IMG/VR virus record: IMGVR_UViG_3300028394_000035
DNA: 64,000 bases
Reading direction: 5' to 3' (one strand)
From: a virus
Of the stretch, positions 1 to 9,518 are shown piece after piece. The notes below the pieces were generated by a model. The model saw nothing but the letters and a program-made list of their open reading frames with translations. It was not told the DNA's origin and did no database searches. Positions within the stretch are counted from its first letter, which is position 1. Every line of letters starts with the position of its first letter. A program made the position numbers and the translations under genes.

Positions 1-1098
1 ATGATTGAGGCAAAGAAACAATATGAAAAAACTCCAACTAAAAAATTAGAGAAAGAGATTGCTCGTTGTAATAATATACAAATGGCAAAAAAGATTTCTT
101 TGAACTCTGCCTACGGAGCCGTAGGTAATGAATATTTTCGTTATTATAAGTTAGCAAATGCCGAAGCAATCACAACATCAGGGCAAGTTGCAATTCGTTG
201 GATTGAAAATAAGATGAATTTGTATCTAAATAAACTCCTTAAGACAGATGAAGTTGATTATGTTATTGCTTCTGATACTGATAGTATCTACCTTCATATG
301 GGTCCTCTGGTTGAAACTGTATACAAGGGAAGAGAGAAAACTACTGAAGGCATTGTTTCGTTCCTTGATAAGATCTGTAAGATGGAACTTGAAAAGTATA
401 TTGAAAGTTGTTACCAAGAACTGGCAGATTATGTAAATGCCTATGATCAAAAAATGCAGATGAAACGCGAGAATATTGCTGATCGTGGAATTTGGACTGC
501 TAAAAAAAGATACATTCTCAATGTCTGGGATAGTGAAGGTGTGCGATATGAAGAACCTAAACTTAAGATAATGGGTATTGAGGCAGTCAAATCTTCTACA
601 CCAGCACCTTGTCGTCAAATGATTAAGGATGGGTTGAAAATTGTAATGAGTAAAACAGAAGATGAAATGATATCTTATATTGATAACTGTCGTAATACTT
701 TTATTGAACTTTCACCAGAAGAAATATCATTTCCTCGTATGGTCTCAGATGTAAATAAACATAAAGCAGTTTCTACTCTTTATGGTAAAGGTACACCAAT
801 TCACGCAAGGGGTGCGTTAATTTATAATCATATGATTAAAGAAAAGGGTCTGGATAAAAAGTATGCATTTATTCAAAATGGCGAAAAGATTAAGTTTTGT
901 TACCTTAAACTTCCAAATCCAATTCGTGAAAATGTAATTTCTTTTATTCAAGAATTTCCAAAGGAACTAGCACTAGACAAATATATAGATTATGATTTAC
1001 AATTCAATAAAGCTTTTCTTGACCCAATGAAGGTCATTTTAGATGCTATTGGATGGAACGTGAAAAAAACAGTTAACTTGGAATTATTTTTTGTATAA
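1..1098 (+). CDS. gp43: Family B DNA polymerase, C-terminal part (5' truncated by window)
   Basis: KKISLNSAYGA, IASDTDSIY and WTAKKRYILNV polB motifs; T4-like C-terminal clamp-binding tail LELFF. Confidence 0.97.
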   Translation: MIEAKKQYEKTPTKKLEKEIARCNNIQMAKKISLNSAYGAVGNEYFRYYKLANAEAITTSGQVAIRWIENKMNLYLNKLLKTDEVDYVIASDTDSIYLHMGPLVETVYKGREKTTEGIVSFLDKICKMELEKYIESCYQELADYVNAYDQKMQMKRENIADRGIWTAKKRYILNVWDSEGVRYEEPKLKIMGIEAVKSSTPAPCRQMIKDGLKIVMSKTEDEMISYIDNCRNTFIELSPEEISFPRMVSDVNKHKAVSTLYGKGTPIHARGALIYNHMIKEKGLDKKYAFIQNGEKIKFCYLKLPNPIRENVISFIQEFPKELALDKYIDYDLQFNKAFLDPMKVILDAIGWNVKKTVNLELFFV

Positions 1099-1100
1099 CT

Positions 1101-2105
1101 ATGGACTTTTTAAAAGATATTGTAAAAGAAATTGGTGGAGAATACACACAACTGGCATCCGAAATTGACGAAACTGAAACGTATGTGGATACTGGCAGCT
1201 ACATTTTTAACGCTCTTGTATCTGGTAGCATCTTTGGTGGTGTTTCTGGGAACAAGATTACTGCAATTGCAGGGGAAACTTCTACTGGAAAAACTTTCTT
1301 CAGTCTTGCTGTCGTTAAGAATTTCCTTGATAATAATCCTACTGGATACTGTTTGTATTTTGATACTGAAGCAGCAATCACAAAATCCCTTTTGGAAGGT
1401 AGGGGAATTGACACAACTCGCTTGGTGGTTGTCAATGTAGTCACGATTGAAGATTTCCGTAATAAGACTCTGAAAGCAGTTGATTTATATTTGAAAAAAT
1501 CTAAAGACGAAAGACGACCTTGTATGTTTGTACTTGACTCTTTGGGTATGCTCTCTACTAATAAAGAAATTACAGATACACTTGCCGAGAAGGATACTCG
1601 TGATATGACTAAGGCACAACTGATTAAGGGTGCTTTTAGAATGTTGACTCTTAAGTTGGGTCAGGCAAATATTCCTATGATAGTCACCAATCACACATAT
1701 GAAAGTATGAGTCTTTATGGTGGTAAGCAAATGTCAGGTGGATCTGGATTGCAATATGCATCATCTACAATCGTATACTTATCAAAGTCAAAAGAAAAAG
1801 ATGGAACAGAAGTTATAGGAAATATTATCAAAGCAACAACAAAGAAATCAAGATTAAGTAAAGAAAACAAACAAGTTGAAATTCGGTTATTTTATGATGA
1901 ACGTGGACTTGATAAGTATTATGGATTACTTGAACTTGGTGAGATTGGTGGATTGTGGAAAAATGTCGCAGGACGTTATGAGATTGGTGGTAAAAAAATC
2001 TATGGTAAAGATATATTAAAAGATGTAGACAAGTATTTTACTCCAGAAGTAATGCAAGCACTTGACGAAACTGCACAAAAAGAATATTCTTATGGAAGCT
2101 CTTAA
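1101..2105 (+). CDS. uvsX: RecA-like recombinase UvsX
   Basis: Walker A AGETSTGKT, FDTEAA, VLDSLGML, SGGSGLQYASS; follows gp43 as in T4-like phages. Confidence 0.96.
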   Translation: MDFLKDIVKEIGGEYTQLASEIDETETYVDTGSYIFNALVSGSIFGGVSGNKITAIAGETSTGKTFFSLAVVKNFLDNNPTGYCLYFDTEAAITKSLLEGRGIDTTRLVVVNVVTIEDFRNKTLKAVDLYLKKSKDERRPCMFVLDSLGMLSTNKEITDTLAEKDTRDMTKAQLIKGAFRMLTLKLGQANIPMIVTNHTYESMSLYGGKQMSGGSGLQYASSTIVYLSKSKEKDGTEVIGNIIKATTKKSRLSKENKQVEIRLFYDERGLDKYYGLLELGEIGGLWKNVAGRYEIGGKKIYGKDILKDVDKYFTPEVMQALDETAQKEYSYGSS

Positions 2106-2649
2106 TGGATTAGTTCAAGTATATGAGAATGCATTAGAAGAAAATGTATGTGATTTTTTGATTGATATGTTCGAAGAACATTCAAATAAACAAGAACGTA
2201 TAGAAAATGAAAGAAAACCAAACTTTACTCAATTTAATCTTACAGAAAATTGTAAATTAACAAAAGAGATTGAGCAAGTTCACAATCATCTTATTCAAAA
2301 AACATTTCAATATCGCAACGAATATTACGAAATGGTAGACAGAAGAGTTTTTCCAAAAGAACACGCATTTGAGCAATTTCGAATTAAACGTTATAATGAT
2401 GATGGAAATGATGAGTTTGATACTCACGTAGATGTGGTTGATTATGAAACCGCAAGAAGATTTTTATCTTTTATGTGGTATCTTAATGATGTCGAAGAAG
2501 GAGGAGAAACAAAATTTTTAAATATGATGGTCAATCCAAAGAAAGGAAATCTTCTGGTTTTTCCTCCACTTTGGATGTTTCCACATTCTGGACTAATTCC
2601 AATTAGTTCGCCAAAATATATTATTAGTACGTATTTACATTATAAGTAA
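2092..2649 (+). CDS. 2OG-Fe(II) oxygenase (prolyl-4-hydroxylase-like)
   Basis: HVD...H iron triad, YLNDVEEGGET, KGNLLVFPP; ATG at 2092 preferred over the ORF-track TTG at 2062. Confidence 0.9.
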   Translation: MEALNGLVQVYENALEENVCDFLIDMFEEHSNKQERIENERKPNFTQFNLTENCKLTKEIEQVHNHLIQKTFQYRNEYYEMVDRRVFPKEHAFEQFRIKRYNDDGNDEFDTHVDVVDYETARRFLSFMWYLNDVEEGGETKFLNMMVNPKKGNLLVFPPLWMFPHSGLIPISSPKYIISTYLHYK

Positions 2650-4025
2650 TGGAAAAAATTGAAACTACTATTCTTCGCAATCTTCTTTTTAATAATGAAT
2701 ATTGCAGAAAAGTATTGCCTTTTATTAAAACGGAGTATTTTGAAAACCTTCACGAGAAAGTAGTTTTTGAAGAGATTTGTAAGTTTATTGTTGCTTATGA
2801 AGAACTTGCTACTAAAGAAGTTCTTTTAATTGAAACTGAAAAAAGAACAGATATTACAGAGGATACTTACAAAACTATTTGTGATTATGTTTCAAAACTT
2901 GATGATGGACACGCAGATTTAGAATGGGTAACTGATACTACCGAAAAATGGTGTCGTGATAGAGCAATTTATCTTGCTTTGATGGAAAGTATCAAAATTG
3001 CTGATGGTCAAGATGAAAAGAAAAACAGAGATGCAATTCCAAGTATTCTTCAAGAAGCATTAGCAGTTGGTTTTGATAATAATGTTGGGCACGATTATCT
3101 AAATGATTTTGAGAAACGTTATGATTTTTATCACAAAAAACAAGAAAAAATACCATTTGATTTAGATTATTTCAATAAGATTACCAAAGGTGGTATACCA
3201 AATAAAACACTCAATATCGCTCTTGCCGGAACTGGTGTTGGCAAATCTTTGTTTATGTGCCACGTTGCTGCTTCTGTTCTTTTACAAGGAAAGAATGTTC
3301 TTTATATAACTCTTGAAATGTCAGAAGAAAAGATTGCCGAACGTATTGATGCAAATCTTTTAAATATTAATATCAAAGATATTGAAACACTTCCAAAAAT
3401 AATGTTTGAAAGTAAAGTAAATGCTATTGCAAAGAAAACACAAGGAACTTTAATCATTAAAGAATATCCAACTGCTTCAGCACATTCGGGACATTTTAGA
3501 GCATTATTAAATGAACTGCAATTGAAAAAATCATTTCGTCCTGATATTATTTTTATTGATTATTTAAATATTTGTGCTTCTTCAAGATATAAAGGTAATC
3601 TTTCGGTTAATTCTTATTCTTATATTAAATCAATTGCTGAAGAATTAAGAGGGCTTGCGGTAGAAATGAATGTTCCTATTTTTAGTGCAACACAAACTAC
3701 TCGTAGTGGTTCTACAAATTCTGATCCAGATTTGACTGATACTAGTGAGTCTTTTGGTCTTCCTGCGACTGCTGACCTTATGTTTGCTTTGATTTCTACC
3801 GAAGAATTAGAACAATTGGGACAGATTATGGTAAAGCAACTTAAGAACAGATATAATGACCCAACATCCAATAAAAGATTTGTTGTTGGAATAGATAGAG
3901 CAAAGATGAAACTTTATGATGTAGAACAAAACGCTCAAGATGGTATACTTGACGCTGGTAAAGATGAAGAGTATAATGATGAAGAAAAGAAACCTAAAAA
4001 ATCATTTGAGGGATTTAAATTCTAA
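2649..4025 (+). CDS. gp41: Replicative DnaB-like helicase
   Basis: AGTGVGKS Walker A, YITLEM, IFIDYL, SATQTTR, QLKNRY. Confidence 0.97.
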   Translation: MEKIETTILRNLLFNNEYCRKVLPFIKTEYFENLHEKVVFEEICKFIVAYEELATKEVLLIETEKRTDITEDTYKTICDYVSKLDDGHADLEWVTDTTEKWCRDRAIYLALMESIKIADGQDEKKNRDAIPSILQEALAVGFDNNVGHDYLNDFEKRYDFYHKKQEKIPFDLDYFNKITKGGIPNKTLNIALAGTGVGKSLFMCHVAASVLLQGKNVLYITLEMSEEKIAERIDANLLNINIKDIETLPKIMFESKVNAIAKKTQGTLIIKEYPTASAHSGHFRALLNELQLKKSFRPDIIFIDYLNICASSRYKGNLSVNSYSYIKSIAEELRGLAVEMNVPIFSATQTTRSGSTNSDPDLTDTSESFGLPATADLMFALISTEELEQLGQIMVKQLKNRYNDPTSNKRFVVGIDRAKMKLYDVEQNAQDGILDAGKDEEYNDEEKKPKKSFEGFKF

Positions 4026-4026
4026 T

Positions 4027-4437
4027 ATGACCCAAGTTATTGATACAAAAAAATATATTGAGTTCGTTCGTGAAACTACAAGTAAAGCAAGTAGTGATTT
4101 TCCTTCTTTGCTTTCTCGTCTAACTGAATTGGAAATTGGAGATGCAGATGTCCCTCGTCTTATGACTGCTGCATTTGGAGTGAGTGCCGAGGCAGGAGAA
4201 CTTGTAGAAATTATAAAAAAAATATTCTTGCAAGGAAAGCCATATAATGAAGAAAATATCATCCATATGAAAAAAGAGGCAGGAGATATTCTCTGGTATA
4301 TGTCTCAACTTTGCATTGCTCTTGATACTACTTTTGAAGAATTGATGGAAATTAATTACCAAAAACTATCAGCAAGATATCCAGAAGGAACTTTTGATAT
4401 TCATCGTAGTGAAAATAGAGTAGAGGGGGATTTGTAA
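4027..4437 (+). CDS. mazG: MazG-like NTP pyrophosphohydrolase
   Basis: AEAGELVEIIKK...KKEAGDILWY...N..KLSARYP; ATG at 4027. Confidence 0.9.
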   Translation: MTQVIDTKKYIEFVRETTSKASSDFPSLLSRLTELEIGDADVPRLMTAAFGVSAEAGELVEIIKKIFLQGKPYNEENIIHMKKEAGDILWYMSQLCIALDTTFEELMEINYQKLSARYPEGTFDIHRSENRVEGDL

Positions 4438-4444
4438 AACATAC

Positions 4445-4476
4445 ACTCTCTCCTCTTTTGGGGAGAGTTTTTTTTT
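4445..4476 (+). terminator. Rho-independent terminator
   Basis: ACTCTCTCC/GGGGAGAGT stem followed by a long T run, just after the mazG stop. Confidence 0.8.
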
Positions 4477-4483
4477 ATAAATA
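4476..4483 (+). promoter_or_regulatory. T4-type late promoter TATAAATA
   Basis: Exact gp55 consensus 34 nt upstream of ORF 4518. Confidence 0.8.
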
Positions 4484-4517
4484 TAAGAAAATAAGGTAGA
4501 GTAGGATATTTTTTTAT

Positions 4518-4745
4518 ATGAAAACTTTTAAAATATTTTTAGAGAATGCAGCAGAAAATCTTGCAGCACTAAGAGCAAAAAGCGAAAATCGTAAACAAGA
4601 ACTAATGCAACAAATTGCTACTCAAAGACAACAAAAAAAAGAAGATGAAGAATTAGAAAATACAATAAACAGAGAAATTGAAGAAAGAGAAAAAGCAAAA
4701 ACAAATAAAAGAAAACCCACAAAATTAGAAGACAAAAAAAGATAA
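4518..4745 (+). CDS. Small charged protein, putative head-internal protein
   Basis: N-terminus MKTFKIFLE-NA resembles the T4 capsid-targeting sequence; lies behind a late promoter. Confidence 0.6.
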   Translation: MKTFKIFLENAAENLAALRAKSENRKQELMQQIATQRQQKKEDEELENTINREIEEREKAKTNKRKPTKLEDKKR

Positions 4746-4772
4746 GATAAATAACTAGAAAACCTAGTATAA

Positions 4773-5966
4773 ATGAAGACATTTGTCCAATTCATCAAAG
4801 AAGCCACAGAAACCCTTGCATCTACTGAAGCAAAGAATAGAGGTCTTGTGGGTGATGGACACGGGGATTGGTTTGATAAGCAAGGGAAGTTAATAGCAAA
4901 AACAGTTGGCGGAAAGTTAAAATATTTTGGACAAGGTGAGAAAAAACAACAACCAGAAGTATCAGTAAAACAAAAAGTATCAACACAACAAGCAACACCT
5001 ACAACACAACAAGGACAAGTAGGACAGCAGGAAACCCAAGAGGAGCAACCAAATGGGATTGTAATTTTACTTGGTAGATTTAATCCTCCATCCAAAAATC
5101 ACGAAGCATTATTAGCAGCAGGTTATAATCAATCAATAAGAAAAAAATATGAATATCGTATCTATCCAAGTCGTATTCAGGATGGAGATTTAAATCCACT
5201 CAATCCACAATTAAAGATTTCATATATGAAATCTATGTTCTCCAAGTATGCAGATTATATTGTAGATAGTGATAATATTAAAACTATTTTTGATGTTTTA
5301 AGTTCTGTTTATAATGATGGTTATACTGATGTAGTAATTGTAACAGGGCAAGATAGACTTGGAGAATTTCAAAGTTTAGCACATAAAGGTGAAGGTCAAA
5401 ATTATCAGTTCAATAATATCGAAGTAGTTTCGTCTGGTGTAAAGGACCCTGATAGTGATGTAGAAACTGCTGGTTCTTCGTCAATGATGAGAACTGCTGC
5501 TGCACTTGGTGATTATGAAAAGTTTTCTGCTGGATTGCCACCATCTATGAAGATGGGCGAAAAACAAGAAATGTTTAATACTTTATCAAAATCAATTAAG
5601 GTAACAGAAAATACACAACTTTGGAAAATTGCACCAGAATTGGATATTAGCGGATTGAGGCAAGATTATAAAAATAATGGTCTTTTTGATGTTGGAGCAT
5701 TAGTCGAAAATCAAAATACTGGATTGATTGGAAGAATACTTCGTCGTGGTGCAAATCATTTAATTTGCGTAACGAAAGAAGGTGTAATGTTTAAGAGTTG
5801 GTTAAAAGATTTGAGAGAAGTATATGAAGTTGGAACTTGCTCTTACCGAGCACACGCACAATCAATTACACCAGGCCAACCAGTAGTTTCTTTTACGGAT
5901 GTAGAGATTAAAGAAACAATACCAAAGAAAAATATAAATATCAATAAAGCAGCAAAAGTAAAATGA
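4773..5966 (+). CDS. Cytidylyltransferase-like (HIGH-superfamily nucleotidyltransferase) protein
   Basis: GRFNPPSKNHEALL, YRIYPSRIQD...NPL, VVIVTGQDR, ASS-like GSSSMMR; conserved cyanomyovirus gene. Confidence 0.8.
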   Translation: MKTFVQFIKEATETLASTEAKNRGLVGDGHGDWFDKQGKLIAKTVGGKLKYFGQGEKKQQPEVSVKQKVSTQQATPTTQQGQVGQQETQEEQPNGIVILLGRFNPPSKNHEALLAAGYNQSIRKKYEYRIYPSRIQDGDLNPLNPQLKISYMKSMFSKYADYIVDSDNIKTIFDVLSSVYNDGYTDVVIVTGQDRLGEFQSLAHKGEGQNYQFNNIEVVSSGVKDPDSDVETAGSSSMMRTAAALGDYEKFSAGLPPSMKMGEKQEMFNTLSKSIKVTENTQLWKIAPELDISGLRQDYKNNGLFDVGALVENQNTGLIGRILRRGANHLICVTKEGVMFKSWLKDLREVYEVGTCSYRAHAQSITPGQPVVSFTDVEIKETIPKKNININKAAKVK

Positions 5967-7042
5967 GAACTTGGAAGGAAGTTATACAAGAAGCAAGTGC
6001 TACTGAAATTAAAAGAGCAGGAGAAGCAGCATTACGAGATGAAAGAAATAAAAATAAAGCAGAAAAAATAACAAAAGGCAAATCTTCTTATCAGGATTAT
6101 TTGGAAAAACAACTTGCATTTAAAAAGGACAAATACGAAGCACAAAAAAAAGCACAAATTGAAAGAGCGAAAGAAAAAAATGTCCAAGGACCTTTAGATC
6201 AAGCAAAGGCGTCACTTAAAGGAATTCAAACCCAAACTATTTCGGACAAAGATAAGGAAGGCACGGCATATTCTAAACTTATGGGAAATGTTGGTTCTAC
6301 TGCTGTTGGAGTTGGTGGTGCTGTATTTCACGGTATAAGAGCATTAGCAGCAAGAAAAAAAGCAGAAACAAAAGCAAAGGAGAAACAACAAGAAAAAAGA
6401 GAAAGAAAAGCAGCTGGAAGACCACCTGGAAAAACTGAAAAAAAAGAAAATCCTTCACCCGAAGCACCAACTGCTAAAACAGAAAAATCACAAGAACAAC
6501 CAAAATTACTTGTTCCATCTACAAAAAGACTTCCTCCATCTGGAGGTACTGGTGGTCGTGGTGCTAAAAAGCAAACACTTGGACAAAGAGCAAGAAATAA
6601 TCCAGCAATTAAAGCAGGATTAATTACTCAACGTATGGAAAGTTATTCTAATTGGAGAGAAGAACTTTTAATTGAAGTAGACGAAAAAGATAAAGGAAAA
6701 AAAGAAAAAATTATAGATGTGATGAAAGGAAAAAATACAATCATTATCAATCCAGAAGATAAAAAGGTAAATGAAGAATCTGCTGCTTGGCAAAGAAAGG
6801 AGGGAAAGAATCCAGAAGGTGGATTAAATGCAAAAGGAATTGCGTCTTATCGTAAAGAAAATCCTGGTTCAAAACTCTCTCTTGCTGTGACTACTCCACC
6901 ATCAAAACTTAAAAAAGGTAGTAAAGCAGCAAATCGTAGAAAGTCTTTTTGTGCTCGTATGGGAGGAATGCCTGGACCTATGAAAGACGAAAAAGGTCGC
7001 CCAACCAGAAAGGCATTAGCATTAAGAAAGTGGAATTGTTAA
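5963..7042 (+). CDS. Hypothetical protein with basic C-terminal domain (DUF6321-like), putative head-internal protein
   Basis: C-terminal AAWQRKEGKNPEGGLN...RRKSFCARMGG...LRKWNC module after an xxE site; family name from memory. Confidence 0.65.
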   Translation: MRTWKEVIQEASATEIKRAGEAALRDERNKNKAEKITKGKSSYQDYLEKQLAFKKDKYEAQKKAQIERAKEKNVQGPLDQAKASLKGIQTQTISDKDKEGTAYSKLMGNVGSTAVGVGGAVFHGIRALAARKKAETKAKEKQQEKRERKAAGRPPGKTEKKENPSPEAPTAKTEKSQEQPKLLVPSTKRLPPSGGTGGRGAKKQTLGQRARNNPAIKAGLITQRMESYSNWREELLIEVDEKDKGKKEKIIDVMKGKNTIIINPEDKKVNEESAAWQRKEGKNPEGGLNAKGIASYRKENPGSKLSLAVTTPPSKLKKGSKAANRRKSFCARMGGMPGPMKDEKGRPTRKALALRKWNC

Positions 7043-7093
7043 ATTGTGGTAAAATAGATAAATAAAATAGGAACATTTCACCTAGAGGTTATT

Positions 7094-7279
7094 ATGTCAG
7101 TCGCAATCGTATGGGCATGGGTATCAGCTAATCAAGCACTTTTAGCAACTGTATTATTTGCAGTTTCGGAAGCACTTGGAGCAAATCCAAAAGTCAAGGC
7201 TAACGGTATTCTTTCACTTATCATTATTCAGGCACAAAATGCTTTGAAAGCAAAAGGCGCAAAAGACATTACTCCTTGA
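7094..7279 (+). CDS. Small hydrophobic/membrane protein
   Basis: GAGG RBS, 61 aa, two hydrophobic stretches. Confidence 0.6.
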   Translation: MSVAIVWAWVSANQALLATVLFAVSEALGANPKVKANGILSLIIIQAQNALKAKGAKDITP

Positions 7280-7313
7280 GAGTAATTATAAAAAAACTCA
7301 ATTTATTAAATTA

Positions 7314-7339
7314 TAGTGAATTTTTCAAAAAATTCACTA
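7314..7339. repeat. AT-rich near-perfect palindrome (12-bp arms, 2-nt centre)
   Basis: TAGTGAATTTTT-CA-AAAAATTCACTA read directly. Confidence 0.85.
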
Positions 7340-7357
7340 AATATAAAATAGATTTAC

Positions 7358-7384
7358 TGGGGAGTAAATAACTCCCCATTTTTT
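7358..7384 (+). terminator. Rho-independent terminator
   Basis: TGGGGAGT-AAATA-ACTCCCCA plus T6. Confidence 0.85.
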
Positions 7385-7391
7385 ATAAATA
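7384..7391 (+). promoter_or_regulatory. T4-type late promoter TATAAATA
   Basis: Exact consensus upstream of ORF 7420. Confidence 0.8.
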
Positions 7392-7419
7392 CTTTTAGGA
7401 AAACTTACGGAAGAAAAGA

Positions 7420-8454
7420 ATGGCACTCTGGGGCATTTCAACAACAACCGAAACTGCGGCAAATAATTATAACATTCCAAAGTTTATGCACATCGTTGAC
7501 AAAAACATTACAGGGCATAATGTTTTTGCTGATGGTCGAGGATGGATACACAGACACTACAAGAGTTCTGAAAACTCTGGAATTAGCACCAGGTATTATG
7601 ATGAGGTTTTAGTTCCTGTTGCTGGTCTGAATACTGCTGGTAGTGGTTCTAATAGTACAGGACACGGAAATTCTACTCCAGTAGCAGTTTTCTTCGAAGA
7701 TCCAAACAAGGCATCACCAATCTCTGTTGGTGGTGGCGGAACTACCGGTATTGCTACTAATACTACTGGATATGTTCATCTTGTTTATAATGAACTGGTT
7801 TATGTTTCTGCCGGAGCAACAGTTAGAATTCGTACCTTTGATGCTAATAATGCAAATGAAAGCACTGCAATTGTTGGGACAGCAGCATCAGTTACACCTG
7901 GAGCACCAGTTGTTAATTATGTAAATGTCAATGGATTGACTGTTTTTACAAATTATAACGGACAGATTACAAATAGAGTAGCATTTGCCTTTACTTCACC
8001 AAGTACTGTTTTGACTGCAAACGTTCCATTCACAACATCAGTAACTACGACAGGACAAACTGTTGCGATTGGTGGAACTAATATCTTTGTTGACTCAGTA
8101 ACGGGTGTTTCTATTGGAAGTTCACTTACAGTAGCAGGTAAACTTACAAATGTTTCTGTTGTTGCTGTTGGAACTACTTCTGTTCAAATTGGAACTGCAA
8201 GTACAATTTCTTCAACAATTACTGCAGGACTTGGAGTTACATTTAGCACAAGAACAAATGCTACAAAGTTGTTTATTGATATGAGTAGAGGATTTATTGG
8301 TGTTGGTACTGATGGTGCAACTGGCGTTGGTATCATTAGCTCCTTTACTTCTGACATCATTCGTCAAATAGGCGGTGCTGGAACTTATCTTTCTTTACAA
8401 AAAGATGGAGTAACTGCCGTTGGACTTGGAACAACTACATTAACAGTTAGATAA
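7420..8454 (+). CDS. Putative virion structural protein (Thr/Gly/Val-rich, beta-rich)
   Basis: MALWG start typical of cyanomyovirus structural proteins; late promoter; composition. Confidence 0.6.
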   Translation: MALWGISTTTETAANNYNIPKFMHIVDKNITGHNVFADGRGWIHRHYKSSENSGISTRYYDEVLVPVAGLNTAGSGSNSTGHGNSTPVAVFFEDPNKASPISVGGGGTTGIATNTTGYVHLVYNELVYVSAGATVRIRTFDANNANESTAIVGTAASVTPGAPVVNYVNVNGLTVFTNYNGQITNRVAFAFTSPSTVLTANVPFTTSVTTTGQTVAIGGTNIFVDSVTGVSIGSSLTVAGKLTNVSVVAVGTTSVQIGTASTISSTITAGLGVTFSTRTNATKLFIDMSRGFIGVGTDGATGVGIISSFTSDIIRQIGGAGTYLSLQKDGVTAVGLGTTTLTVR

Positions 8455-8462
8455 TATACAAT

Positions 8463-8834
8463 ATGAGATTTGATGAATTGAATGAAGAAAACTACATAAT
8501 CTTTGCGATTAAACATTATGAAAATCCACAAGCAATTACGCAAGAGGATTTTTTTGAAGATATGAAAAGATTTAAGTGGATTAAACGACTTCTAAACAAA
8601 TATAAAAATACCGGTGATTTAAATACTCATTTAATCATTAATCACTTTATGTCTCTTTATAATGTATTTGGAGAATCTACAACACCTTTATTGTTTTATA
8701 AAATTAATAAAGAACTTTGGGGTGTTTTAAAGACTTTTGTTTTATATCTTGGAAGACTTCCAGAATATCCAAAAACTACAATACACGATATACCAGTAGA
8801 CATAGAGTGTCTTAAGATTTTAAACTCAATCTAA
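8463..8834 (+). CDS. Conserved T4-like cyanophage hypothetical protein
   Basis: FAIKHYENP...FFEDMKRFKWIKRLL...LIINHF..LYNVFG; clean ORF. Confidence 0.75.
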   Translation: MRFDELNEENYIIFAIKHYENPQAITQEDFFEDMKRFKWIKRLLNKYKNTGDLNTHLIINHFMSLYNVFGESTTPLLFYKINKELWGVLKTFVLYLGRLPEYPKTTIHDIPVDIECLKILNSI

Positions 8835-9046
8835 TGAAAGAAGAAGTTCTATTAAAGGTTATTAGTATTATTCGTAATCTTCGAGAAGACGGAATAATAT
8901 CCTCTGGTGCGCCAACAAATAATGCTTCAGGTGAAAATATTGCAGGTCTTCCTCCGGACAACCCACCAGTAGATTTAAGAAAAAAAAAATATAAAGGTAT
9001 TCCATTTTTTTACAAAAATATCTTTAGGAGAAAGAAAAATGTTTAA
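8834..9046 (+). CDS. Hypothetical protein
   Basis: TAATG stop/start coupling; PTNNASGENIAGLPPDNPPV. Confidence 0.65.
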   Translation: MKEEVLLKVISIIRNLREDGIISSGAPTNNASGENIAGLPPDNPPVDLRKKKYKGIPFFYKNIFRRKKNV

Positions 9047-9518
9047 GCAAACTGGAGCATCAACTGATACTAAAGTTGCAGTTCTTGAAGAAAAAGTTTC
9101 TATCTATGAGCAAATGATGAAAAAGATTGAAGATGCAATATACGCAATTAGTGAAACAAGTCAAGGTATTTCTAAAATGCTTGCAATACACGAAGAAAGA
9201 CTAGAGCAAGGCATAAGATCTGACGAAGTAATCATTAAAATGATCGATGATCTTAAAAAAACAGTAGAAGCAGAAGATGTCGATTTGAGTGATCGTATTG
9301 ATGAAGTGATTGAAAGAGCACAAGAAAAAATAAATGAAATTGATAAAAAAGTAGAAGAAGTCAAAAAAGTCAAATGGATGGTGATTGGAATTGGCACTGC
9401 TATTGCGATTGTGGTAGCATCAGCAACATCATTAATGGGCGGTATATTGACACCTGATAATTTTGGATATAAGATAGAACAGAGAATAGTCCCAAATTCA
9501 GAAAACATTAAAAGATGA
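9039..9518 (+). CDS. Coiled-coil protein with C-terminal transmembrane helix
   Basis: Heptad-rich region then WMVIGIGTAIAIVVASATSLMGGIL. Confidence 0.7.
   Translation: MFKQTGASTDTKVAVLEEKVSIYEQMMKKIEDAIYAISETSQGISKMLAIHEERLEQGIRSDEVIIKMIDDLKKTVEAEDVDLSDRIDEVIERAQEKINEIDKKVEEVKKVKWMVIGIGTAIAIVVASATSLMGGILTPDNFGYKIEQRIVPNSENIKR

Noticed and set aside
1086-1103. A_TTT_TTT at the gp43 end, whose -1 frame leads into uvsX
   Set aside because: It is not an X_XXY_YYZ heptamer. The T run is explained by the conserved clamp-binding LxxFF tail, and uvsX has its own ATG.
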